A DNA stretch of 32,000 nucleotides from Saccharolobus solfataricus (GCF_900079115.1 NZ_LT549890.1:1170001-1202000); one strand, 5' to 3'. Positions 17,752 through 27,164 are shown, counted from the first letter of the stretch. Numbers and translations are program-made. Notes: generated by a model from the sequence alone, not told the origin.

Positions 17752-18712
17752 TTTCTTCCCCTCCTACAAGATGACAAGCCACGTACCTTCCATCCACATA
17801 TCTTAATTTTGGTTTTTCAACCTTACATATATCTTTAGCTATCGAACATCTTGGTGCAAATGGACACCCTTTAATCTCCTTTGACAGATCTGGTGGATCA
17901 CCTGGAATATAATGCACTTTCTTTACCTTACCAAATCTAATATCCGGTACTGAGGACAGTAAGCCCTTAGAGTAGGGATGTAGTGGTTCCTTGAAGATTT
18001 TACGAGAATCTCCGAACTCCATTATCTCTCCGGCATAAAGTGTTAGTACCTTCTTAGCAACTCCAGCAACAACTGCTATATCATGAGTAATGTAGATTAA
18101 AGTCTTTTGCTTATCCACAATTTCCCTCTTAATTAAAGATATGACCCTTGCTTGGTTTATAACATCTAATGCAGTAGTCGGTTCGTCTGCAATTACTAAT
18201 TCTGGGTCTAATAATAGGGCTGAGGCAATTACAACTCTTTGTCTCTGTCCTCCAGATAGTTCGTCTGGAAGCTTCTTATAGATCTCTGGTGGCAAACTAA
18301 GTTGATTAAATAGGTAAAATATCCTTTCACTAGCTTTACTAGTATCAATATTACTATCATTTTCCATCATTATCTTTACTAATTGTTCACCAACCCTCTT
18401 TATGGGATTAAACGCATTCATAGAGTATTGGGGTATTATCGATATTTTCTTCCATCTTATCTCCTTTCTGTAGGTTTCTTGATCCATTTTCAAAATATCC
18501 TTATTATTAAAAAAAATGCTACCAGAATATTCTGCATTTTCGGGCAATGCCCTCATAATAGCATTAGCAATTGTGGTTTTTCCGGAACCTGTCTCACCAA
18601 TCACTCCTAAAGAATCACCCTTCTCCAATTGAAAATACACTCTATTAATAGCCCTAATTGACCCTTTGCCAATCTTGTAGGATATGTTAAGGTCCCTAAC
18701 TTGTAAACTCAA
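17741..18712 (-). CDS. ABC transporter ATP-binding protein (OppD-like) with C-terminal 4-Cys motif
   Basis: GETGSGKTT, LSGGQRQR, VIADEPTTALD. GCPFAPRCSIAKDIC ... VACHLV. Confidence 0.93.
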   Translation of the reverse strand: MSLQVRDLNISYKIGKGSIRAINRVYFQLEKGDSLGVIGETGSGKTTIANAIMRALPENAEYSGSIFFNNKDILKMDQETYRKEIRWKKISIIPQYSMNAFNPIKRVGEQLVKIMMENDSNIDTSKASERIFYLFNQLSLPPEIYKKLPDELSGGQRQRVVIASALLLDPELVIADEPTTALDVINQARVISLIKREIVDKQKTLIYITHDIAVVAGVAKKVLTLYAGEIMEFGDSRKIFKEPLHPYSKGLLSSVPDIRFGKVKKVHYIPGDPPDLSKEIKGCPFAPRCSIAKDICKVEKPKLRYVDGRYVACHLVGGEENGQ

Positions 18713-20319
18713 TGGGTCTCACCAACTAAACTTCCATAATACCTAGTTATCGCCTCACCTATATAAAATAGACTAACGCCCAAGAGAAATAACGCTATAC
18801 CTGGTGTCAGAATCCACCACCATGCAAATCCAGGAGCGTCTAGTGAGGCATTAATTGAGAACCCTAACATATTACCCCATGTTGGGAATTTAAGTATTCC
18901 AATACCTAGAAAGTCTAGGGCTGACTCTATACCTATCACAGCTGGAATATCGAAGATTAGCTGTGCTATAATTATTGGGAAAACGTGCCTTAACACGTGC
19001 TTTCTTATGATTTCCATATTGGACATTCCTAAAGCCTTAGCGGCTTCAACGAATGCCATATTTCTAACTTGGAGAACTTGTCCTCTTATTGTTCTAGACG
19101 TAGGAGGCCAGCTTAGAATTACTAAAACTATTATGATTAAAATATCCTTAGGGAAAACTGTAAAGATTTGTTGGAATATGGTTATTAAGACTATTAGTAT
19201 TGCTAACCCAGGGAGTAGTAGTATGAAATCAGTAAATGAGGTTAATATTTGATCCAACTTCCCACCATAATAACCAGCAAATAAGCCAAATACCGCACCT
19301 ATGAATACTATTGCCAACCCAGCAAGTATTGCGAGTTCAAGGTCGAATATTCCACCTTGTGAATACTCTGCAAACACACTAGCCCCATTATTATCAGTAC
19401 CCAATACTCCATATCTACTACCAAGAAATTCGAAATAAAGGTCAGATAAGTAAACTACTAATTTGGAGTTAGGTCCGTTTGGGATATAATTTATGGTGAA
19501 TTCCACCTTGTAATTTCCGGTACTATTAAACATGCTTTGAAGCATTATAACAGAAGCTACTGCGCTTTCATTAGGAGGTATATTTGAGGTATAGAACCAT
19601 GGAGTTTCTCCAGCTGATGCCGAAGATGCTAATATGTAATTCCATCCTCCATTCCCTAAGTACTTAAATACAGTTGAGAGCGTAACCAAATTTGTTGGCA
19701 AGTAGTTCCCAGCTAAGAACAACCAAAATGTGGCATTTGACGGATTTATCACATATCCATTAAAAGTATAGTAAGCGTTTGTAGCATAAGCGGAAATACT
19801 GGCTTGGATGATATAGAATTCATAGTCTCCAAATTTTGTCTCTCTAGGCAATAAATAGTTATAAAGAAAGTCATGATACAGAGTTAAATTTAATGGATTA
19901 GTTCCTTCTATTATTATCTCTACACTCCCGTTTCCAGTGTTTCCATAAGAATAAAGTGTCTTTTGGAAGTTAGTTTCTCCCTTGGGTCCATAGCTACTAT
20001 TATAAATTATTATAACAGCATCTCCGTTAAAAGTAAAGTTAGACAAATGCCAATAATTTATAACAGATGCTGTCTTCGCAGCAATCAGATCATAATCATT
20101 AGGTACTTTTATGTCAGGTGGAAGATTACCGTAGAAGATTGAAGCCCACGAAGGCACTGCATATGGTGAAGCTGCATACTGACCAGCTGGTGTATAAGGG
20201 TTTGCCTTAGGCGCTGTAAAGAAACCATATGCAATACTCCCTAAAAGAAAAATGAATATAATTAGCGCAACCCAAAGTAGCTTCAGTCTTAATATTGGGG
20301 GAATTCTCATTAAATTCAC
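18709..20319 (-). CDS. ABC transporter permease (OppC-like) with a very large extracytoplasmic insertion
   Basis: 536 aa. N-terminal TM, about 270 aa of non-membrane sequence, then a 5-TM core with VEAAKALGMSNMEIIRKHVLRHV. Confidence 0.9.
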   Translation of the reverse strand: MNLMRIPPILRLKLLWVALIIFIFLLGSIAYGFFTAPKANPYTPAGQYAASPYAVPSWASIFYGNLPPDIKVPNDYDLIAAKTASVINYWHLSNFTFNGDAVIIIYNSSYGPKGETNFQKTLYSYGNTGNGSVEIIIEGTNPLNLTLYHDFLYNYLLPRETKFGDYEFYIIQASISAYATNAYYTFNGYVINPSNATFWLFLAGNYLPTNLVTLSTVFKYLGNGGWNYILASSASAGETPWFYTSNIPPNESAVASVIMLQSMFNSTGNYKVEFTINYIPNGPNSKLVVYLSDLYFEFLGSRYGVLGTDNNGASVFAEYSQGGIFDLELAILAGLAIVFIGAVFGLFAGYYGGKLDQILTSFTDFILLLPGLAILIVLITIFQQIFTVFPKDILIIIVLVILSWPPTSRTIRGQVLQVRNMAFVEAAKALGMSNMEIIRKHVLRHVFPIIIAQLIFDIPAVIGIESALDFLGIGILKFPTWGNMLGFSINASLDAPGFAWWWILTPGIALFLLGVSLFYIGEAITRYYGSLVGETH

Positions 20320-21317
20320 CTTAGTTTTATTCTAGGATCAACTAATGGATATATTAGATCCATCGCGTAAAGTACGACTAGGGCGTAGAGTGTTAGGAAA
20401 AAGAACGATCCAGTTAATAAGGGTATATTTAGTTCAGTGGCAGCAATAATTCCTAAGTAACCCATCCCTGGAATTCCAAAAATATACTCGATAAAATATA
20501 TACCACCGAGTATAAAAGCTAAGTCAATTCCAGTTCTCGTTATGACTGGTATAATTGAATTTCTCCTAGCTATTGCCCTTACTGTACTCTCCTTCAATCC
20601 CGAGAGCCTTGCGTATTTAACGAAGTCAGAATCTAATACATCAACCATCGTATTTCTCATTAGTATTCCCCTAACCGGGAACCCGAAAATAAAGACTTGG
20701 ATTATCCAAGGAAGCCAATATACCTTTAATATGGATACTATATCATTCAAATGAAGAACTTGGATGCCAGAAATTGGTATCGCCTTAATATAAACTGCAA
20801 ATACAACCCATAGTACTGCTAATATGAAGAACCCGGGAATATTATACTGAAGAATCATGTAATTGGATATTATATGATCTACAGCCTTATTCCTTTTTAA
20901 TGCTGCATACGCACCAACAACTATAGCTAGTAATGTCTGAAATATAAATGGAGGTAGGGTAAGTATTATAGTATATGGAAGATATTGAAGAACCTCATTT
21001 ATTACGTATTCATGATGCTGGAAATCATACCCTAGATTGAAAGAAAATAAAGCATAAAGATATCTTATAAACTGCACGTATAACGGCTGATTAAAGCCGT
21101 AAAGTGTAGTGATATCGTTAATTATATTCTGAAAATAAGACGCGCTTTTGCCCAATTGACCTACGGGCGCGTACCAAATTGCTGGATTTACTCCAAATAG
21201 TTCAGGCAAAGCTTCCACAACAAACCAGAGGAGTATTACCAACCCTAATAGTAAAATTATCCTGTCTACAGCCCTTTTTATAGCGTAATTAAGGAACCCC
21301 ATATAAGACTTTATCAC
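20316..21317 (-). CDS. ABC transporter permease (OppB-like)
   Basis: 333 aa, polytopic, with FVKYARLSGLKESTVRAIARRN (EAA-like). Ends VDPRIKLR. Confidence 0.9.
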   Translation of the reverse strand: MIKSYMGFLNYAIKRAVDRIILLLGLVILLWFVVEALPELFGVNPAIWYAPVGQLGKSASYFQNIINDITTLYGFNQPLYVQFIRYLYALFSFNLGYDFQHHEYVINEVLQYLPYTIILTLPPFIFQTLLAIVVGAYAALKRNKAVDHIISNYMILQYNIPGFFILAVLWVVFAVYIKAIPISGIQVLHLNDIVSILKVYWLPWIIQVFIFGFPVRGILMRNTMVDVLDSDFVKYARLSGLKESTVRAIARRNSIIPVITRTGIDLAFILGGIYFIEYIFGIPGMGYLGIIAATELNIPLLTGSFFFLTLYALVVLYAMDLIYPLVDPRIKLR

Positions 21318-21786
21318 TGGAGACGTTTTTAAAGCTTTTTATCTTGCAAATTTAAGGACATCAACTAATTATAAAATATTTATTTAAGGACTCTTGACTC
21401 TAAATATTTTAAATATTGGATAATGCTTTATAGAAACTTTTTAAAGGATGAGTTATTGTAAAACGAGTCATTTATATAACATTTTAAAAATTCTCAAACA
21501 TATTGATTTACATTCTTACAGAAACAATGAGATGTGGCATAGTACTTACTGTTTTTCTATAACTCATTTTAAGCAAATTTTAGTTTAGATAATTTTATAT
21601 CTAGGGTTAACATAGTATGCTACCCATTTCGGGAGCTTCCGGTATAAAAACCTTTCCGTGAAAATCGAGCATAGTATATACTACTTATTCAAGTGATGTC
21701 ACCTGCTTTACTCGTGACGTTATCCACGTTGATTAAAATGGCAATTCATGAGTAATATTAATAAGAAATTAGGATGAGATAATATT

Positions 21787-22736
21787 ATGGTAAAGGCAAT
21801 TTCAACTGAAAAGGACCTCTTGCTCAAGATAGATAAATCCTTCCCTTGGGAAACGTTTAGGAGTAAGCTTAAGTCCCTTTACTCCAAGAAGCCCAAGTGG
21901 GACGTCATCTCACTCCTCAAAGTCCTCCTAATCAAGTTCGTTTTCGACATCTCTTGGAATAACTTGGAGGGAGAAATTAGGGACAGTAAGAGTTTTATGG
22001 ACTTCTTGGACGGGAAAGTTCCACCAAAGAGCACAGTATTCTCCTTCTACAAGAAACTTCAACAAACAGTTGTTCAAGAGGGCGAGACGATGAGAACAAC
22101 ACTAATGGATGAGTTAAACAAGGCTTTGAACAAGGTGATCAGCGAGTATAGGGAAAAGGGCTTTGAACTTGAAGTTGGGAGAGAAAAAACGATAGGTTCG
22201 AGGACTACCACATAATTGATACATTCTTCCGTGAGGCCTACCCCGGAAAGAGGAGTCTTCAAAACGGTCTTGAGAAGATCTCACTTGACCTTAAGGAGAT
22301 GAGATTCAATGACGTTTTTCTCCTCATGGGTTATACTACTTCCAAGCTCAAGAACTTCACGGCCTTTAGGAAGTATAAGGGTAGTTGGGGTGGGAAGCAC
22401 GGTAAGTCCTACTTCGGGTTTAAGGTCTGTAACCTTGTGGAAAGGAGGACTAATTTCGTTAGGGACTTCAAGGTTGGATTGTTGAGTGATCTAGCCTTTT
22501 CATTTGATAACGTTAAGTTAATGGCTGATAGGGCTTGGATTTCCAAGAAGGACGTCTTAGTTAAGGGTGTTGGTAGTGCTAGGCTTCCGGTTGAGGGTAG
22601 TGGTGTTAAGATTAGGGAAGGTAAGGCTTCGTCTACAACTTTAAGGGGAGTGGTTATGGAGGTATTCTTCCTTAACTTCTATCGTGATCTCGAAATTCTT
22701 TCGACGAGGATTAGGACGAAGGTATTCGTTAATTAA
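21787..22736 (+). mobile_element. IS5-family transposase gene in two reading frames (DUF772-type N-terminus plus DDE region); IS ends not resolved
   Basis: Frame 1 (21787-22215) has SLLKVLLIKFVFDISWNNLEGEIRDSKSFMDFL ... PPKSTVFSFYKKL, the InsH/IS5 N-terminal pattern. Frame 3 is open from 22173 and reads NDRFEDYHIIDTFFREA ... GKSYFGFKV ... LMADRAW, DDE-like. The frames switch at GAAAAAAC (22183-22190). Confidence 0.7.
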
Positions 22737-22887
22737 CGAGGTTCGTTTACGTGTTTACTTGTTGTTATGGCAAATTTTATTGCAAAATCGTACAATTATC
22801 TGTATTTTCCCTTATTAATACATATTATATTATTCTTTATACTTGAATATAATGAAGAATAGTATAATCTGAAATGCTGTAATTATA

Positions 22888-23281
22888 ATGATTTTTAATT
22901 TTGCTCAAATCGGACAACGTCACGTGATCATCTCGTCGGCCGAGCTCGGAGGGATCAAGTCCGAGGCCAACCCAACCCTTCTAAGCTACCTCGTTGCGAG
23001 CAAGGAGCTCTGGAAGTTCAAGACCAACAACTTGGTCGAGTCCTTCAACTCCCTCTTGGAAAGGAGGTTTAGTAAGTTTCACTCCCCTTGGAGGATACTC
23101 CAGATCGCGCGGGCCATAGCCCTCTACTACAACCTATTGACCTATTTTCTCACTATTATAATAATATTACAATTACCTTCATTTCTCTCAATTTCACAGA
23201 AATATATCCAATAATTTATACATTGAATAAATGAAATTCAGAGTCAGAAGATACAATTCGCAATGGACTCCTGAATCGCTC
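22888..23281 (+). pseudogene. 3' remnant of a second IS: transposase C-terminal fragment plus terminal inverted repeat
   Basis: GC-rich stretch beginning abruptly around 22900 encodes ...LSYLVASKELWKFKTNNLVESFNSLLERRFSKF..., the conserved C-terminal block of DDE transposases. About 40 nt downstream lies ACAATTCGCAATGGACTCCTGAATCGCTC (23253-23281), the same repeat that bounds the MITE at 27230-27415. Confidence 0.6.
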
Positions 23282-23319
23282 GCTAAGCAGAAGTTAAGAT
23301 AAAATTTATTTATAAGTAA

Positions 23320-24531
23320 ATGAAAACATATTTATGTGATACTATGGATGTGAAATATATTCTTGTAGTGATAATAATAATAACGTTTATAGTAAATATT
23401 GTATCTCTATTTTACTTAAACTCTCAAATAGCAAGTCTGTCATCAAGCTATAATACATTAGTCAATAACTATAATACTTTAAGGACCTACTACCAAAACC
23501 TCAATTCCAATTATACTACACTTTACTCATCATATTCTAATCTAGTTAACTCTTATAATTCGTTATCATCTCAATATGCAAAGCTATCTTCAGAATACAA
23601 TACGCTTATGGCAAAGTACGATAACTTAACCGCAAAGTATAACACTCTATCTCAAAATTACACCATATTGTCAGGTCAGTTAGCCCTAACAATGGGCACA
23701 ATGACTGTTCAGTCATTCTATATTTATTTAGCACAAGTAAACACTCAAGGCATGGAAAGTTTATTAGTAGGACCTCTAGCATCTTACTTCGAAATAACGT
23801 CACCACCTGGTAATGGTACTATAATAGCTTCCCCAGCGAATTCTTCAGATGCACTTCCTCTTATTGGATCTAAGTTATCCCAATTCTTCAACTATTTAAG
23901 TGTAAAAACTGAGGTTAAAGAACTTGTAATTACTCCCTTGGAAAACTACGTATTGGGAGAGGGTTTGGTTTCATTTAATGACCAATATGCTAATGGAACA
24001 ATTGTTACAAATTACGCACTAATCACAGTAGTTGCGCAAGAGATTAACTTATCCACTTGGCAAGTTGTATATGTAAAGATTAACAACGCGCTCACACAAA
24101 GTCAATATAACACGTTAGTAACGCTTTTCAACTTAATCCAAGCGTTAGAATCTAAGAATATAGGTCAATTACAATCCATATTAGTTGGTCCTTATCAAAG
24201 TTATGTGTATATAGCCCGAGGACCTTACGCTGGTAATTATTCTGGATTAGATGTACCTAATGTTTTCATAGACACTATAATATCTAAGGATGTAAGTTCA
24301 CTACAATTTGAATTATATTACTTTAACATAACTCCATTAAACCCCACTACTAGCTTAGTTGATATGTATGGCGTACTTAAGATTACCCTCTCAAACGGTT
24401 CTACTTACACTTCCTATACAGATCTCCGCACAACAGTGGAACTAGAACCTAACGGGGTACCTCAAGTAGTTGCATTAAATATAATTAATGATCTAACTCA
24501 ACAACAAGTAGTTTCTGCATTGCCAAAATGA
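23320..24531 (+). CDS. Membrane-anchored coiled-coil protein with two tandem extracellular domains (unknown function)
   Basis: 403 aa with a TM helix at residues 13-33. Tyr recurs at residues 44, 51, ... 114 and Leu at 47, 54, ... 117 (11 exact heptads). Two related segments follow, each starting with an LVGPxxSY motif. The start may be the Met at 23344. Confidence 0.75.
   Translation: MKTYLCDTMDVKYILVVIIIITFIVNIVSLFYLNSQIASLSSSYNTLVNNYNTLRTYYQNLNSNYTTLYSSYSNLVNSYNSLSSQYAKLSSEYNTLMAKYDNLTAKYNTLSQNYTILSGQLALTMGTMTVQSFYIYLAQVNTQGMESLLVGPLASYFEITSPPGNGTIIASPANSSDALPLIGSKLSQFFNYLSVKTEVKELVITPLENYVLGEGLVSFNDQYANGTIVTNYALITVVAQEINLSTWQVVYVKINNALTQSQYNTLVTLFNLIQALESKNIGQLQSILVGPYQSYVYIARGPYAGNYSGLDVPNVFIDTIISKDVSSLQFELYYFNITPLNPTTSLVDMYGVLKITLSNGSTYTSYTDLRTTVELEPNGVPQVVALNIINDLTQQQVVSALPK
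23428..23682 (+). repeat. Diverged 21-nt periodic repeat encoding xxYxxLx heptads
   Basis: SSYNTLV NNYNTLR TYYQNLN SNYTTLY SSYSNLV NSYNSLS SQYAKLS SEYNTLM AKYDNLT AKYNTLS QNYTILS. Confidence 0.85.
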
Positions 24532-24613
24532 GTTATTTAACGGTATTCTGTTTTTTATCATTTTCATCTTTCTTTTTACTCTCATTCAACTCAATCACTG
24601 TTGGTATGGTAAC

Positions 24614-24623
24614 ATTTTTATAC
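24614..24623 (+). promoter_or_regulatory. TATA-like box for the orphan binding-protein gene
   Basis: ATTTTTATAC centred about 27 nt upstream of the ATG at 24646. Confidence 0.4.
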
Positions 24624-24645
24624 CTCTTTTTAACCTTATTAAATT

Positions 24646-27141
24646 ATGAAAAGGGAGATTTATCTACTATTCGCTATATTTTTAACTATGTTAATATCAA
24701 TATCTCCAATAATCACTAGTGGTTATGCGCTAATAACTAACTTTCAAACACCGGTTCTCTCACCGGCACTATATAGAGCTTATACACCTTATGTTGCTGT
24801 TCTCAATGAGATGTGGAGTTTCACATCACCTACAGCACTGTTTCAAGCCTTAATAGCAGGTCAAGTCCAATTGGCAGGCTTAGATCAGCAATCACAAATT
24901 CTCCAAGCTCAAAGAGATCCAAATATCTACCTTTACGATCAGCCGAGCTATGGATTTGGACCCATAATACAATTCAACTTCGCCAAATACCCAATGAACA
25001 ATACTTACTTTAGATGGGCAATCTTTAGTCTCATAAACTTCCAGCTAGTTCAACAGCAAGTATTTGCAAATGGACTCTTGGGTCAAGCAATACCATACTT
25101 CTTAAATCCATCTTTATATCCAGGGTTTTTCAATCCAAACGCATCAATATTTTATCAAACCCATGAGAGTTTTAACCTAACTAGGGCGATGATTTACTTG
25201 CAGAAGGCAGGGCTAGTTTACAATACCAAGCTTAACACTTGGACATACCCCAACGGAACTCCAGTAGTTATATCATGGATAATACCAGCTAATGCACCAG
25301 AATCTCTTAGCCTAGCTCAAATCGTAACTCAGGCCGCTAAACAAATAAACTTGACGATACAGTATGAAGTAGTTCCATTTTCGCCGACATTGATTCAAGA
25401 TTTATTAACAGGTAATTACGAGTTAATTACTTTTGGATGGGACGTTAATGCAATAGCACCGTCATTCTTGTACTTCATTGATGGTCCATTAGCACCAGTA
25501 ACTAGCAATAATGCATTTGTAAATAATACTATAAACCAATTACTGACCAAGGCATATATTGAAGCTACTGCTCTAAATGAGTCACAATACTATACGCAGC
25601 AAGCAGTTTACTATCTACAAGCCGCAGTACCTGAAATAATAGCAGGATGGGGTAATGCGGTACAAGGTGCGTACTTACCCGGTTATGCTAATTATATTCC
25701 AACTGTTGGTAGTGGTATAAGTCTGATGAACGTACATACTGCGAATTCAACCCACGGTACTTTCAACTGGGGTATTACCGTTTTAACCGCAGCCCCATCA
25801 ACTTATGACGTTTATAGCGCGCAAACAGCATACGAATTTGATGGCTTAGGAGAAGTTTATGATACTCCACTATCATCTCCTCCATATAACGCATTACAAT
25901 TACTACCATGGGTAGTTACTAATTGGACAATACAAACTGGGTTAAATGAGACAATACCAGGTACCAATATAAAATTAGTTAATGGCCAGGTTATCACATT
26001 GTATCTGGTTCATAACGATACTTTCCATAATGGTCTTCCATTAACAGCTCAGGCAATAAACTTCACCATTTGGTATTTCGACATGGGTGGTTACAGTAGT
26101 AATCCATTTAATTCATCTAAAGATACGGTTTACATAGGCAATTATTACGGTAAGCCGGTAATCTTAAACTATACCGCAGAAGCAATGGCACCATCATTTG
26201 AGTGGTTTGATGCACTGCCTGAACTTGTATACTCTTATATACCTCCAAATAACCCCTACGAGATACAGATATACTTCAATACAAGTAGTTTGTGGGCAAT
26301 TTATGAGGTATCGGGAATCTATATAGTACCACCCTCGATATTTGAGAATATACCCCCGCAATGGCTAGGTTTAAATACTTACTCGGTATCATCAAACGGT
26401 CAAGTGATAGGTTCTGGGCCATACTATATGTACAGTTGGAATAAGAGTACTGGAGCAACATTCTATAGATATAACGGTTACTTCAGAATGGATCCTCTAA
26501 CCAACTTCATAGCAAATATAACGGCAGGCAGCACGTATACCTATACCTTTAATATAACTCAAATACTTGCAGAACCCGCTTATATTAATGGCAAGCCAAC
26601 AATTCCAAATCCGATAGTACCGATATCCAACGCTACTGGTGTAGCTGAAATATGGGTTTATGGGCAAAGTCCAAGACCAATTATGAGCATACCCATATCT
26701 CATGTAAGTGGAAATACCTATGAGGTAACCATAAATACAGCTAGTCTAACTCCAGGGGAAACCTATGTTCTATTCATTAATGCGACATATACCGAACCAT
26801 TAATGTTAAATTACAGTGCTAATAGTTTAGGAGGAGGAATCAAATATGTTGATATACCTCACTTCTACACAGCTTACTATACTTTCAACGTTCTACCGAC
26901 AACCACTGTATCTACAACTATAACAACTTCAACTACTTCTACTTCAACTACTTCTACTTCAACTACTTCTACTTCAACAACTGTAACACCAGTTTCATCG
27001 GTATCTGCACCACCCGCACCACCTAGTGTAAGTGCAATAACTATAAGCACTAGTCCCGTAGTTTATGGTTCATTAGGAGTTGGAATAATACTAGTGATTG
27101 CTGCTATAGTTGTAGCAGTTTTGCTAGGAAGAAGAAGCTAA
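24646..27141 (+). CDS. ABC transporter substrate-binding protein, family 5 (Opp/Dpp type), Ser/Thr linker and C-terminal TM anchor
   Basis: 831 aa with an N-terminal signal-like helix and a large sequon-rich domain. (TSTTS)n linker encoded at about 26896-27035, then a hydrophobic helix and GRRS. No permease or ATPase genes are adjacent. Confidence 0.85.
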   Translation: MKREIYLLFAIFLTMLISISPIITSGYALITNFQTPVLSPALYRAYTPYVAVLNEMWSFTSPTALFQALIAGQVQLAGLDQQSQILQAQRDPNIYLYDQPSYGFGPIIQFNFAKYPMNNTYFRWAIFSLINFQLVQQQVFANGLLGQAIPYFLNPSLYPGFFNPNASIFYQTHESFNLTRAMIYLQKAGLVYNTKLNTWTYPNGTPVVISWIIPANAPESLSLAQIVTQAAKQINLTIQYEVVPFSPTLIQDLLTGNYELITFGWDVNAIAPSFLYFIDGPLAPVTSNNAFVNNTINQLLTKAYIEATALNESQYYTQQAVYYLQAAVPEIIAGWGNAVQGAYLPGYANYIPTVGSGISLMNVHTANSTHGTFNWGITVLTAAPSTYDVYSAQTAYEFDGLGEVYDTPLSSPPYNALQLLPWVVTNWTIQTGLNETIPGTNIKLVNGQVITLYLVHNDTFHNGLPLTAQAINFTIWYFDMGGYSSNPFNSSKDTVYIGNYYGKPVILNYTAEAMAPSFEWFDALPELVYSYIPPNNPYEIQIYFNTSSLWAIYEVSGIYIVPPSIFENIPPQWLGLNTYSVSSNGQVIGSGPYYMYSWNKSTGATFYRYNGYFRMDPLTNFIANITAGSTYTYTFNITQILAEPAYINGKPTIPNPIVPISNATGVAEIWVYGQSPRPIMSIPISHVSGNTYEVTINTASLTPGETYVLFINATYTEPLMLNYSANSLGGGIKYVDIPHFYTAYYTFNVLPTTTVSTTITTSTTSTSTTSTSTTSTSTTVTPVSSVSAPPAPPSVSAITISTSPVVYGSLGVGIILVIAAIVVAVLLGRRS
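26926..26979 (+). repeat. Perfect 15-nt tandem repeat (ACTTCAACTACTTCT, 3 copies plus a partial one) inside the linker-coding region
   Basis: Copies at 26926-26940, 26941-26955 and 26956-26970, with a partial copy to 26979. Confidence 0.9.
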
Positions 27142-27164
27142 AAACTCATAATTTAAGTTAATTA

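Noticed and set aside
21608-21635. TACCCATTTCGG resembling the inner half of the MITE/IS terminal repeat: a possible left end of the truncated IS
   Set aside because: Only about 11 of 13 positions match and the outer half of the repeat is absent. The implied element would be far too short. This could be chance in AT-rich DNA.
21690-21745. C/D-box sRNA-like motifs (GTGATGT near 21693; also ATGAAGA...CTGA near 22850 and TTGATGA on the minus strand near 27450)
   Set aside because: No complete C, D', C', D arrangement with correct 12-nt spacing could be assembled in any of these cases.
21669-22866. Attempt to define the ends of the IS5-like element from ATAGTATA and ATTCAAGT matches on both sides
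   Set aside because: The matches are short, partly palindromic (AGTATATACT) and ambiguous between direct and inverted orientation. The boundaries are left unresolved.
24528-24719. 63-aa hydrophobic ORF overlapping the stop of the 403-aa gene (ATGA) and the start of the binding-protein gene
   Set aside because: The Phe/Leu/Ser richness comes from the T-rich promoter DNA, which includes the TATA box at 24614-24623. The ORF also overlaps the signal-peptide coding region of the 831-aa gene out of frame.
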